DNA of 64,000 bases from Candidatus Omnitrophota bacterium (GTDB lineage: Bacteria > Omnitrophota > Gorgyraeia > B26-G9): the NCBI GenBank assembly GCA_016213925.1, contig JACQZH010000021.1, positions 6,295-70,294 on the forward strand. Direction: 5' to 3'. The notes under the pieces were generated by a model, which was not told where the DNA came from, ran no database searches, and saw only the letters and a list, made by a program, of their open reading frames with translations. Below, piece by piece: positions 18,406 to 28,187 of the stretch. Within the stretch, counting starts at the first letter, position 1. Each line of letters opens with the position of its first letter. The translations under genes and the position numbers were made by a program.

Positions 18406-20045
18406 TAGACAAAAAATTAAAACTTTATATTTTTGCCATATGTTTTTCGCTGCCGGCTGCTTTATTTATTAAATTTCTCGGTGAAAACCGGTATCCTTTG
18501 CTGACAGTTGAGACGGCGCTGCTTTTTTTTATTCTAGCAATTTTTAGCTTGGTTGTTGTAAGTATTAGTTCGTTTTCCCGGAATACGGCTCTTTTTATTA
18601 TCGGAACGGTTATTTTTGCATACTTCTATGAGATCACGCCTTTCTTGGAGAAGTTTATTTGTTTTTTTGAGCAATGGACAGTAAGAACTATTACCGGAAT
18701 TATTATTGTACTGGTTATATCCGCTTTTTCCCGCAGGTTGAAGTTATCAGACTGGATTTATTTTGGGATAGCTGCTTTTTTGACTCTTTCCGCTACAACT
18801 ATTGAAGCATACTTAAAAATTACTCGTGACAATAAAGTACGCTATGAAAAAAATAATCTTGTTCACAATAAAGGTTTAAAACCGGTATTGTTTATAATAT
18901 TTGATGAACATATGTCTATTGAAGGGATTCCGGAAAATATATCCGGAGCAGGTATTCTTAAACAGGAAATGGCTGAATTTTATGAGCGGTTTAATTTTTT
19001 GTATTTCCCGCGTGCTTACAGCCATTTTTTTGAATCAAGTTTGAGTATCCCTAACGCTTTGAATTTTACCGCTAACCCTGCAATAAGGTATTTGGAGAAA
19101 AGCGGCTTAAGGACAAAACGCTTATTAATGAATAGGGCGTTTGATTTTTTAAAAAATAGGGGGTATGTGTTCAGGATTTATCAATCCGATTACATTGATT
19201 TTTTTGATCGCAGTAATGAAAAAATAGAATACTGTTTTCAGTACTATAGCGGGATAGAGGAGATTCATAAACAGGATTTTAAGATTTTAGATAAGTCGTT
19301 GTTATTAATGGGGCATTTCTTATCGGCTATAAAAACCGGAGAAAAGTCTGTAGCTACTGTTGGTTTTCTTGTTTCATTAATTGTGGGAGACAGGATAAAT
19401 GATATCCCGATAATAGGCGCTCCGTATGACCGTCTGGGGCCCATCAGAACTATACCGGCAATTGAACAGCTTAAAAAAGACACGAACCATTTAAAAAGCG
19501 GTACGGTTTATTTTGCGCATTTATTGACGCCCCATCATCCTTTTGTGTATGATGAGCTGAATAATCTTAAAAAAGATCCGAGGGATTGGTTTGGCCCGAA
19601 TAGGTGGTTCAATATGTATATATATAAAAGGGATTTGGCCTATGAAGAATCATATGAAAGTTATTGTAAACAGTTGCGTGGTATGTATAATTGGCTTAAT
19701 GAGTGGTTTAATCAGCTTAGTGAGCGTAAAGAGTTCAATGACCTGATTATAATCGTGCTCGGGGACCATGGTTCGCGTATAACAGAAGAAGACCCGGATA
19801 ACGCGTCAGTCCTTAAAAATCCAAAGTGGGACAGTATTGCCAAAGACTCTTTTTCGGTATTATTTGCAGTAAAAGGATCCCAATTTGAAAAAGGAAGAGT
19901 AGATATTGCTAAACCTTTAGAACGTTTGCTGTTTGAATGTTTTTTTTATCCTCAAAAATTGAAAGTTGAATCAAGTGATGAAAACTATTTAACTTTAAAT
20001 TTATTAAATAACAAGCTGCTAAAAGTAAAATATGATAACTGGTGA
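18399..20045 (+). CDS. Membrane-anchored alkaline phosphatase/sulfatase-superfamily protein
   Basis: About five N-terminal TM helices, IIFDE, AHLLTPHHPF and LGDHG motifs. Confidence 0.75.
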   Translation: MLIDKKLKLYIFAICFSLPAALFIKFLGENRYPLLTVETALLFFILAIFSLVVVSISSFSRNTALFIIGTVIFAYFYEITPFLEKFICFFEQWTVRTITGIIIVLVISAFSRRLKLSDWIYFGIAAFLTLSATTIEAYLKITRDNKVRYEKNNLVHNKGLKPVLFIIFDEHMSIEGIPENISGAGILKQEMAEFYERFNFLYFPRAYSHFFESSLSIPNALNFTANPAIRYLEKSGLRTKRLLMNRAFDFLKNRGYVFRIYQSDYIDFFDRSNEKIEYCFQYYSGIEEIHKQDFKILDKSLLLMGHFLSAIKTGEKSVATVGFLVSLIVGDRINDIPIIGAPYDRLGPIRTIPAIEQLKKDTNHLKSGTVYFAHLLTPHHPFVYDELNNLKKDPRDWFGPNRWFNMYIYKRDLAYEESYESYCKQLRGMYNWLNEWFNQLSERKEFNDLIIIVLGDHGSRITEEDPDNASVLKNPKWDSIAKDSFSVLFAVKGSQFEKGRVDIAKPLERLLFECFFYPQKLKVESSDENYLTLNLLNNKLLKVKYDNW

Positions 20046-20155
20046 GATAATTTCTAAAAAAGGGAGGCTGTTTTTTCTGTCCGCTAATACTAACCCGCTA
20101 TTCTATACACTGGATAGTTATTGCATTCCAAATCTTAAGAATTTATAATAAAACC

Positions 20156-20884
20156 ATGGCTAATGAAGAAGAAAAGAAACTAATCCCTTTCCCGATTTTC
20201 CTGATTCTGGTATCTTGCGGGACTTTTTCTGTATTAATGGCTCTTGATCTGCTTACGTTGAATGAGCAGGAAAGAGAAATGCTTAAAAAGCTTATCTTTA
20301 ACGGCCTTATATTTGTCGCGCTTTATATATTATTCGCTTCAGTAAAATCCGGCATAAAGGATAAGCTTTCCGGGATTCGATATAAAAGGGCCGTTTCACA
20401 GGGGAAAGTACCGGATGGTTATACCTGTAAGATAGCGGAAAAAGAAGGTTTTAGTTTCTCTTACCCTGAAAACTGGGTGCTTACCCTTCCAAGTGATCCT
20501 ATGTTGTATAAGGAAGCAAAAGAAGTATTTTTAGCGCAAGGGTTGCATTCTTTGCGTAACTTCAATATATCCTGCCAGGATATATCCAAAATAAAAGATC
20601 TTGAATATTTGTTTAACGCGATTATTAACGGTGTTTTAAACGTGCTGCAGGGAGCGCGGCTTGAATTTAAGGAGCTGTTGAAGCTGGAAAATGTATCGGG
20701 TATGCGTTATAAAATAAATTATCATAATGCCAATGGCTTGAATTTTTGCTGTTATCAAGCAGCTCTGACGGATAATAGTAAAAAGATATTATTGATTCTT
20801 ACCTTTACCTGCGAAAGCAGGGATTTTGCCGGTTCAAGGGAATTATTTGATCAGATCACCGGTTTGGTAAAAATTTTTAGCTGA
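20156..20884 (+). CDS. Membrane protein with PsbP/DcrB-like domain
   Basis: Two TM helices followed by GFSFSYPENW and a C-terminal PsbP-like pattern. Confidence 0.6.
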   Translation: MANEEEKKLIPFPIFLILVSCGTFSVLMALDLLTLNEQEREMLKKLIFNGLIFVALYILFASVKSGIKDKLSGIRYKRAVSQGKVPDGYTCKIAEKEGFSFSYPENWVLTLPSDPMLYKEAKEVFLAQGLHSLRNFNISCQDISKIKDLEYLFNAIINGVLNVLQGARLEFKELLKLENVSGMRYKINYHNANGLNFCCYQAALTDNSKKILLILTFTCESRDFAGSRELFDQITGLVKIFS

Positions 20885-20903
20885 ATAAAAAAATATACTG
20901 TCG

Positions 20904-20931
20904 GGAACTTTTTGGAAAATTGTTTGTCTAA
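20904..20931 (+). promoter_or_regulatory. ECF (sigmaE-like) promoter
   Basis: GGAACTT-N16-TCTAA upstream of the DUF4139 gene. Confidence 0.7.
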
Positions 20932-20986
20932 TTAAAATGGAAGGCATTTAGAAAACCAGTATGTTAGGCAATCAAAGGAGGAAGGT

Positions 20987-22420
20987 ATGAGAAAAGCAGT
21001 CTGGGTTTTACTGGCAAGTGTTTTTTTATGCGCTAATGTGTTTGCCGCTGAATTTAAAAGCAGCGTTGATGATCAAAAAAATATCAGCGTAACCGTTTAT
21101 AACAGTAATCTCGGTTTGATTAAAGATACCCGTGAAATGGAGATTCCTAAAGGCGTGCATGAGCTGAAATTTATGGATGTCGCCAGCAATATAAACCCGG
21201 TAACCGTGCATATTAAGTCATTAACAAGCCCGGATAAACTTACGGTTTTAGAACAGAATTATGAATATGACCTGCTTAATCCGCAGAAGCTGCTGGATAA
21301 ATTTGTCGGTAAGGCCGTGAAACTGCTTGATAAAAATTATTATACAGGGAAAGAAGAAATATTCAACGCGGAACTGCTTAGTAATAATAACGGCCCGATT
21401 TACAAAATAAACAATGAAATTTATCTGAATGCTCCGGGACGGGTTATCTTGCCGGAAATCCCGGAAAACCTGATTGCCAAACCGACATTAATCTGGATGC
21501 TGAAAAATAATGAACCCAAAAAGCAGCAAATTGAGGCATCGTATCTTACCAGCGGCATTAATTGGAAATCGGATTATATCGTTGTTGTCGGCAAAGATAA
21601 CGATATCTGTGATTTAAGCGGCTGGGTAACGATAGATAACCAAAGCGGAGCCGCGTATAAGGACGCAAAAATAAAACTGGTTGCCGGAGATGTGAATAGG
21701 GTTTATGATCATAGGCCGCGTGCCGAGGGAATGAAAACGATGGATGTATGCAAAGAAAAGAACGAACAATTCAAAGAAGAATCTTTTTTTGAATACCATC
21801 TTTATACGTTGGAACGCTTGTCGACGATAAAAAATGACCAGACAAAGCAGATAGAATTATTGAATGCGGTGGATATTCCGATTAAAGAACGGATGGTTTA
21901 TTATGGAAATGCCTATTATTTCCGTAACCGTTACAGCGGTCAGGTTGAATCAAACCAAAAGATCGGAGTTTATCTGGAGATTGATAATAAAAAGGAAAAT
22001 AATTTAGGAATGCCTTTGCCGGCAGGCGTTATCCGCGCTTATAAAAAAGACGCGCAGGCAAGCCTGCAATTTATCGGAGAGGACCGCATAGAGCATACTC
22101 CTAAGGATGAAAAGATAAAAATCAAGATGGGAGATGCTTTTGATGTTGCCGGTGAAAGAAAACAGGCGGATTATAACATTTTATCCCGCAATGCCATGCA
22201 GCGTTTTGACACAGAGCAGGCTTGGGAAATTACCCTGCGTAATCATAAAGATAAACCGGTTACAGTTGAGGTTATTGAGCCTGTGCCCGGAGAATGGCAG
22301 ATATTAAACACAACACATCAGTATAATAAAGAAGACGCGCAGACAATTAAATTTCTTGTTGATTTAAATAAAAACGAAAGCCAGACAATTAAATACAGCG
22401 TAAAGATAAGGTATTGGTAG
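20987..22420 (+). CDS. Secreted DUF4139-domain protein
   Basis: Signal peptide, SVTVYN, EQNYEYDL, YLTSGINW and FEYHLY motifs. Confidence 0.85.
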   Translation: MRKAVWVLLASVFLCANVFAAEFKSSVDDQKNISVTVYNSNLGLIKDTREMEIPKGVHELKFMDVASNINPVTVHIKSLTSPDKLTVLEQNYEYDLLNPQKLLDKFVGKAVKLLDKNYYTGKEEIFNAELLSNNNGPIYKINNEIYLNAPGRVILPEIPENLIAKPTLIWMLKNNEPKKQQIEASYLTSGINWKSDYIVVVGKDNDICDLSGWVTIDNQSGAAYKDAKIKLVAGDVNRVYDHRPRAEGMKTMDVCKEKNEQFKEESFFEYHLYTLERLSTIKNDQTKQIELLNAVDIPIKERMVYYGNAYYFRNRYSGQVESNQKIGVYLEIDNKKENNLGMPLPAGVIRAYKKDAQASLQFIGEDRIEHTPKDEKIKIKMGDAFDVAGERKQADYNILSRNAMQRFDTEQAWEITLRNHKDKPVTVEVIEPVPGEWQILNTTHQYNKEDAQTIKFLVDLNKNESQTIKYSVKIRYW

Positions 22421-22443
22421 CGCTTATAAATAGAAAGGGGTGA

Positions 22444-22626
22444 GTGATGACGCCGGTAGAAGCTTTAAGATTGGCATTAAAAGGAGAAGAGGGCGCGATA
22501 GAGTTATATAAAGAATGTATAGCAAAATATCCCAGCCTCGCGGATTTATTTTCTGAACTTTTGACTGAAGAGCAGAAGCATAAGAAGTTAATTGAAAAAA
22601 GGATTTTTGAAGCTACTAAGTATTAA
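22444..22626 (+). CDS. Small ferritin/rubrerythrin-like protein (half bundle)
   Basis: ALKGEEGAIELY...EEQKH motif. Confidence 0.7.
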   Translation: MMTPVEALRLALKGEEGAIELYKECIAKYPSLADLFSELLTEEQKHKKLIEKRIFEATKY

Positions 22627-22655
22627 AAACCGAAAAGGTTTAAAAATATTATTTC

Positions 22656-22684
22656 TTGCAATCGGAAAGTAAGTTTGCTATAAT
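22656..22684 (+). promoter_or_regulatory. Sigma70-type promoter of smc
   Basis: TTGCAA-N17-TATAAT. Confidence 0.7.
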
Positions 22685-22734
22685 TCACAGGTGCAAGGGA
22701 ATGCGCCCTGCCTTAGTTTATATAGGGATATAAA

Positions 22735-25700
22735 ATGTATTTTAAAAAGTTAGAACTCTACGGATTTAAATCTTTTGTAGATAAGACAACGCTTATTTTT
22801 GAACCAGGCGTTACTGCCATTGTCGGGCCTAACGGTACAGGCAAAAGCAATATTTCAGACGCGATAAAATGGGTGCTTGGCGAACAAAGCGCGAAATCAA
22901 TGCGCGGTTCAAAAATGGAGGACGTGATTTTTAACGGTACTGAAGCACGGCCTCCGGTGAATATGGCGGAAGTTTCGCTTATCCTTTCCAATGAAGAAAA
23001 ACGTTTAGCGATTGATTATGATGAAGTAACAATTACCCGCAGGCTTTACCGTTCCGGTGAAAGCGAATATCTTTTGAATAAAACCTTGGTGAGGCTTAAA
23101 GATATTCAGGAACTTCTTATGGGTACGGGAATAGGAACGGAGTCATATTCTCTCTTAGAACAAGGCCGCATTGACGCGATTTTAAGTTCAAAGCCCGAAG
23201 AACGCAGGGTTGTTTTTGAAGAAGCAAGCGGGATCACCCGTTTTAAAAAGAAAAAAGCGGAAGCGCTTAGAAGGCTGGAAGCTACAGAAGAAAATTTACT
23301 GCGCGTTAATGATATAATTACCGAAGTTAACCGCCAATTAGGATCGATCCAGCGCCAGGTAAATAAAGCCAGGCGTTATCAGGAACATTATGAGCAGCTT
23401 AAAATCCTCGATACGCAATATACCTACCGCGAATATAATGTCGTAAAAACAGAAAAAGAAAAATTTGAAGAGTGTGAAAATGCTTTTCGCAATGAATTGA
23501 ATTCCCTGGAGTCAGAACTTGCCGGATTGGCTCAAGCGTTTGACGAAATAAAAAGCGCTCTTTCTAAGGTTGAAGGGGATTATAGCCAGCTTAATGCCAA
23601 GGTTTTAAATGCCAGTACTCAAATCGAAAAAAATACAGACCGGATTCATTTGAATAATGAACGCATAGAGGAATTTGGCCAGCGCGCGGAAAATTTGACC
23701 GCGGATATTGATAATTCTAATGCTAAAATCAAAGAACTGGAAGAGCAATTTGCGCAGTTAAAAATCCGCTTGAATTCATTCCTTGAAGAAAAAAATAATA
23801 AGGTCCACAATTTAAATCTTAAACAAGCGAGTATTTGCGAGATTGAAAAGCTGATTAAGCAAATACATGAATCGATTGAATCAACCCGGCTGACGGCGGT
23901 AAAGCTTCTTTCCGAGCACGCGCAGATTAAAAATGAACTGGCAAAACTTTCCGCTAATATTCATAACGCGCATTCACGCCTGCTTCGGTTGCATCAGGAA
24001 AAAGAAAAGACGGAAAATGAGCTTTCGGCAATTAATGCCAAGATAGAAGAAAAAATGTCGCTTCTGGATGAGCTTAAGGGCAGGATAGATACGGAGGAAC
24101 TGCAGGTTAGTCAATTACGTTCTGATTATGATGCTTTAAATCAGGAGATCCGCAACCTGGAATCAGAGTATCAAAAAAGCAAGCAGTCTTTGATAGCCGG
24201 CCAGTCACAGCTTGAAGTGCTTGAAAAATTGATTAAAACATACGAAGGTTTTTCAAGTAACGTGAAAAATTTTATGCTTAAAAAAGAAACTCATCCGCAT
24301 CTTTTCGAGGGAGTTTATGATGTTCTTGTAAATCTGATTGATGTTACCCCAGGATTTGAAATGTGCGTAGAAAATGCGCTGGGGGAATATTTGCAGGCAG
24401 TTGTCGTTGATAATAAACAAACCGCGTATAAGCTGACAAATTTTTTAAAAGAGGAGCAGATAGGGCGGATAAGATTTATCGCGCTAGATTCTATTCCTTT
24501 GGGCCAAGAAACTATCATGCCTCAAATTGCAGAGAGAAGAATCACGGATGTTATTAAGCCGCAATTTGGTTATGAAAAGCTTATAAATTATCTTTTACGG
24601 GATACTTTTATTATCGGGGAAAAAAATCAAAACACGGAGAAAACAATTCCTGCGCAAGAAAATACCGGCTGTGAAAGTTTAACGCAATCCCTTAGCCAGG
24701 TAAAAGAAGGTAGAATGTTTTCTTATACGATAGCAAATGCCGAATCAGTGGAAGTTATTGGAGATTTTAATAATTGGGTAAGCAGCCTTAAAAGCAGGAT
24801 GGAACGGGCGCAGGCGGGAAATTGGCAAAAATTTATAGCTCTTAACCCGGGGGTTTACAGGTATAAGTTTATCGTAGATGGAAGATGGGTGCTTGATCCG
24901 GCTAATCCGCGTTCGCAGATAGACGATACAGGGAACGTGAATTCAGTAATTGAAGTGCTTGAATATCCGGTTCAGGCCAAGCCTCAAAGCATGATTTCCG
25001 ATTCTCAGGGGGATGCGGATTTCTCAGGCAGATTAATATCTCAAGATGGTCAAATCGATACATTGACTGAAGTTATCAGCAGCCCTGTCAAAGAGCATGG
25101 CGCCGGGTTGATATTGCAGAAAACCCAGATGAAGATGCTTCAGGAAGAATGCGTGTGTTTAAAAGAAGCGATTAAGTACTATGAAGCTAAGGAGCAGGAA
25201 AAACGGCAGCAGCTTGTCGGGATGGAACGTGAATTGACTCAACTTAATGATATTTTGCATAAAGAGAAAATCGTATTTGCAAATAAGGATTCAGAGCGTT
25301 CAAATATTGAAGCGGCAAAGAAGAAACTTGATGATGAAATAGCTATACTGAACCTGGAAATAGATGAAACAACGCTTGACGAGCAGGAACTGATGGCAAA
25401 AGAAATCGAAAAGAAGAAACGGCTTGAAGAAATAGATGAGCTGACAAGAGTCAATGAAAAGAAAATGGCCCAAGGCCAGGAGCTGATAGCTATAAAGACT
25501 CAAGAACGTGAAGAGCTGCTTGTTGTTATCGCCGAAATGAAGACGGAATTTTCTCTTTTAAATGAACAGGAAGCTGCCCTGAACACTAATTTTTCCATGC
25601 TCGATCAAAGCATTGAAAGTCAGCGGGCTAACGCGAAAGAATATTTAAGGCAGAAAGAAGATTTATTAAAGCGCAGTGAAGAGCTTTCTATTCAAAAAGA

Positions 25701-26745
25701 AGAGCTAAAACAGAAAACAACGGTTCTCGAAACTGAAAAACAGCAGATGGAGGAGGCATTACAGGGAATTTCCTTGCAGCGCGGTAAATTACTTGCTGAA
25801 TTTGAGGATGTCCAGAATCAGGTAAAAATAAAAGAAAACAGGATTAATGCTATAAAAAATAACATGCGCGATGTTGATATTAAGAAGGTAGAACTTAATT
25901 TTAAAATAGAATCACTGGTTAATTCGCTTAAACAAGCGTATAAGATTGATTTGCTTACGCTTACCTTGGAGCCTTCTGAAGGGGTTGACTGGAATAGCCA
26001 AAAACTGCAGATCGAGGAATTGAAAATAAAAGTTGAGCGGCTTGGCGCGGTTAATCTTGCCGCGGTCGAAGAAGAGGAAGAACTTAAGGAGAGAGCGGAA
26101 TTTCTTAACAGTCAAAAAGATGATTTAATATCGGCAAAGCAATCCCTGATGCAGGCAATCCAAAAAATAAACCGCACGACAAAAGAGTTATTCCTTGAAA
26201 CGTTTGAAAAGTCAAAAGCGACTTTTAAAGAATATTTTAAACTGCTTTTCGGAGGAGGAGATGCGCAGCTGCATCTTATCGAAGATAAGGATATCTTGGA
26301 AAGCGGTATCGATATTATAGTACGGCCTCCGGGAAAACGCCTGCAGAGTATTACATTGCTTTCAGGAGGGGAAAAAACACTTACGGCTATCGCGCTATTA
26401 TTCGCGATTTATAAAATAAAGCCTACGCCGTTCTGCGTGTTAGATGAAATGGATGCGCCGCTTGATGAATCGAATATTGACCGTTTTACCCGGGTACTGC
26501 AGGAGTTTCTCAAGGATTCGCAGTTTATCATTATTACTCATAATAAAAAGACAATCGGTATGGCTGACGTGATGTATGGAGTAACAATGGAAGAGGCGGG
26601 TATTTCCAAAATCGTATCAGTGAAATTCAGCGATTATAAAGAAAATTCCCAGGATAATTCCCAAGGTCTGGGTTACGAGCAAACGCCTCAAAAAGGTTTT
26701 GCAGAGACTGAAGTAACAATGCCGGAGAAGGTACTGGCGCATTGA
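22735..26745 (+). CDS. smc: Chromosome segregation protein SMC with a CBM48/AMPK glycogen-binding domain inserted in the hinge
   Basis: GFKSF, Walker A GPNGTGKS, coiled coils, LSGGE, Walker B/D-loop LDEMDAPLD and ITH; insert at about aa 659-741. Confidence 0.95.
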   Translation: MYFKKLELYGFKSFVDKTTLIFEPGVTAIVGPNGTGKSNISDAIKWVLGEQSAKSMRGSKMEDVIFNGTEARPPVNMAEVSLILSNEEKRLAIDYDEVTITRRLYRSGESEYLLNKTLVRLKDIQELLMGTGIGTESYSLLEQGRIDAILSSKPEERRVVFEEASGITRFKKKKAEALRRLEATEENLLRVNDIITEVNRQLGSIQRQVNKARRYQEHYEQLKILDTQYTYREYNVVKTEKEKFEECENAFRNELNSLESELAGLAQAFDEIKSALSKVEGDYSQLNAKVLNASTQIEKNTDRIHLNNERIEEFGQRAENLTADIDNSNAKIKELEEQFAQLKIRLNSFLEEKNNKVHNLNLKQASICEIEKLIKQIHESIESTRLTAVKLLSEHAQIKNELAKLSANIHNAHSRLLRLHQEKEKTENELSAINAKIEEKMSLLDELKGRIDTEELQVSQLRSDYDALNQEIRNLESEYQKSKQSLIAGQSQLEVLEKLIKTYEGFSSNVKNFMLKKETHPHLFEGVYDVLVNLIDVTPGFEMCVENALGEYLQAVVVDNKQTAYKLTNFLKEEQIGRIRFIALDSIPLGQETIMPQIAERRITDVIKPQFGYEKLINYLLRDTFIIGEKNQNTEKTIPAQENTGCESLTQSLSQVKEGRMFSYTIANAESVEVIGDFNNWVSSLKSRMERAQAGNWQKFIALNPGVYRYKFIVDGRWVLDPANPRSQIDDTGNVNSVIEVLEYPVQAKPQSMISDSQGDADFSGRLISQDGQIDTLTEVISSPVKEHGAGLILQKTQMKMLQEECVCLKEAIKYYEAKEQEKRQQLVGMERELTQLNDILHKEKIVFANKDSERSNIEAAKKKLDDEIAILNLEIDETTLDEQELMAKEIEKKKRLEEIDELTRVNEKKMAQGQELIAIKTQEREELLVVIAEMKTEFSLLNEQEAALNTNFSMLDQSIESQRANAKEYLRQKEDLLKRSEELSIQKEELKQKTTVLETEKQQMEEALQGISLQRGKLLAEFEDVQNQVKIKENRINAIKNNMRDVDIKKVELNFKIESLVNSLKQAYKIDLLTLTLEPSEGVDWNSQKLQIEELKIKVERLGAVNLAAVEEEEELKERAEFLNSQKDDLISAKQSLMQAIQKINRTTKELFLETFEKSKATFKEYFKLLFGGGDAQLHLIEDKDILESGIDIIVRPPGKRLQSITLLSGGEKTLTAIALLFAIYKIKPTPFCVLDEMDAPLDESNIDRFTRVLQEFLKDSQFIIITHNKKTIGMADVMYGVTMEEAGISKIVSVKFSDYKENSQDNSQGLGYEQTPQKGFAETEVTMPEKVLAH
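24709..24957 (+). other. CBM48/AMPK1_CBM-like glycogen-binding domain within SMC
   Basis: AESVEVIGDFNNW...GNW...LNPGVYRYKFIVDGRWVLDPANP...GNVNSVIEV. Confidence 0.9.
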
Positions 26746-26789
26746 TTGGGATAAACCAAAATTTTGGGATAAAATCTAGTCTCAAATAA

Positions 26790-26955
26790 TCCCAAAATTT
26801 GCCCGATAGGGGCGATAGTCTACCTATCTGCTGACAGGCAGGCTATCGAGGTATCCGAATTTCGCTTGCACCTTTTAATGCTGCGTTGCATTAGAGCAAC
26901 TCGTTATATGAATAAGGATAGAAACAAAACAGATATTCATGTGCAAAATTCGGGA
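26790..26955. mobile_element. MITE-like element, family A, copy 2 (166 bp)
   Basis: TIR tcccaaaatttgc/gcaaaattcggga with TAA flanks; body shared with copy 1. Confidence 0.75.
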
Positions 26956-27009
26956 TAACCTCAAAACAGATGTTTTTTTTCGCGAATTATTTCCGAGATA
27001 ATTACCTGG

Positions 27010-28083
27010 TTAAATTAATTCTTTGCTGAACATGCAGACTCTGTTGCGGCCGATATTCTTTGCCGCGTAAAGGGCTTTATCAGCGGCAGAAATAAGGCCT
27101 TCGGCAGTTGAAGAATCTTGCGGGAAGCTTGAGACGCCGATGCTTATTGTCGCGTGTTTTGGCGTGTCCGATTCGGGTGTTTGAAACGGAAAGGCTGCCG
27201 CGAAGCTGCGGATTCTTTCTGCGGAAGAGTAGGCTTTTTCCTTAAAGGTTTCAGGAAGGATAATTACGAATTCTTCTCCTCCGTATCGGGCGACAAGATC
27301 TACCTCCCTGCTTGAATTTTGAAAAATTTCCGCTAATTGCTTCAGGAGTTTATCTCCTGCAGGATGGCCGTATGTATCATTGAATTTTTTGAAAAAATCT
27401 ATGTCAATCATAAGCAGGCTTAACTGCCGGTTAAAGCGGCTTGCACGCTTTATTTCTTCGCGCAGCTGATGCTGAAAATATCCGTAATTCCAGAGATTTG
27501 TCAGGTGGTCAGTGTATGAAAGGATCAGGGTTTTTTCAAATTCCTGCGAATTTTCTATTGCTAATCCGGCCTGGTTTGCGAACATGGTAAGTTTCCAGAT
27601 ATCAGATTCGGTAATCTTATTTTTTGAAAAAAAGTTATCAACAAGCATGATACCGACAACACGGTTTTTTGCCAGCAAAGGCACGGTTACAAAATATTCC
27701 ATATTGAATAATGAGATTACCGGGTCGTTGCTTGAAAGCAATTTCTTGGAATCAGTTCTGCGGTCAAAATCCGCGTATGAGGATATGAGTTGATCCATGG
27801 TTTTTTGTGTGTTTTCAATATATTTCCAGATTTCATGAGCATTTTCTCCGGAATCTGGGCCGATTCCCATTCTCCCTTCAAGCTGGTTTTTCTTTTCGTT
27901 TACAAGAAATAACATGGCGCGGTTAAAACCAAGCCCTTCATTGGCTGTAACGCTGGTAAGGATGATGTATAAGATTTCGTCCAGGCGCAAAGTAGAGCGC
28001 ATGGCAATGCCTATCTCATAGAGCATTAGCAGCTCAGAGTGCTGTTTTTCATCAGGTGTGTGTACTTTATTTTGGTGGAGCAT
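27010..28083 (-). CDS. GAF-GGDEF diguanylate cyclase
   Basis: DIDFFKKFNDTYGH, RxxD I-site (REVD), GGEEF and an N-terminal GAF. ATG 28083 preferred because TTG 28119 coincides with a TTGACA -35 box. Confidence 0.9.
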   Translation of the reverse strand: MLHQNKVHTPDEKQHSELLMLYEIGIAMRSTLRLDEILYIILTSVTANEGLGFNRAMLFLVNEKKNQLEGRMGIGPDSGENAHEIWKYIENTQKTMDQLISSYADFDRRTDSKKLLSSNDPVISLFNMEYFVTVPLLAKNRVVGIMLVDNFFSKNKITESDIWKLTMFANQAGLAIENSQEFEKTLILSYTDHLTNLWNYGYFQHQLREEIKRASRFNRQLSLLMIDIDFFKKFNDTYGHPAGDKLLKQLAEIFQNSSREVDLVARYGGEEFVIILPETFKEKAYSSAERIRSFAAAFPFQTPESDTPKHATISIGVSSFPQDSSTAEGLISAADKALYAAKNIGRNRVCMFSKELI

Positions 28084-28187
28084 GCTTCTTATTTTTAAAC
28101 ACTTTCCTATTTTTGTCAAGCCCTATGAATACCAGCCGAATAAGTTAATAGTTAAATAACCTATTAACAATATCAATGGGGGTATAA

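Noticed and set aside
24619-25026. Intein as an explanation for the SMC insert
   Set aside because: No intein terminal His-Asn/Cys motifs or homing-endonuclease motifs; the insert matches CBM48.
22627-26800. parS or oriC signals near smc
   Set aside because: No TGTTTCACGTGAAACA-like palindrome or DnaA-box cluster was found by eye.
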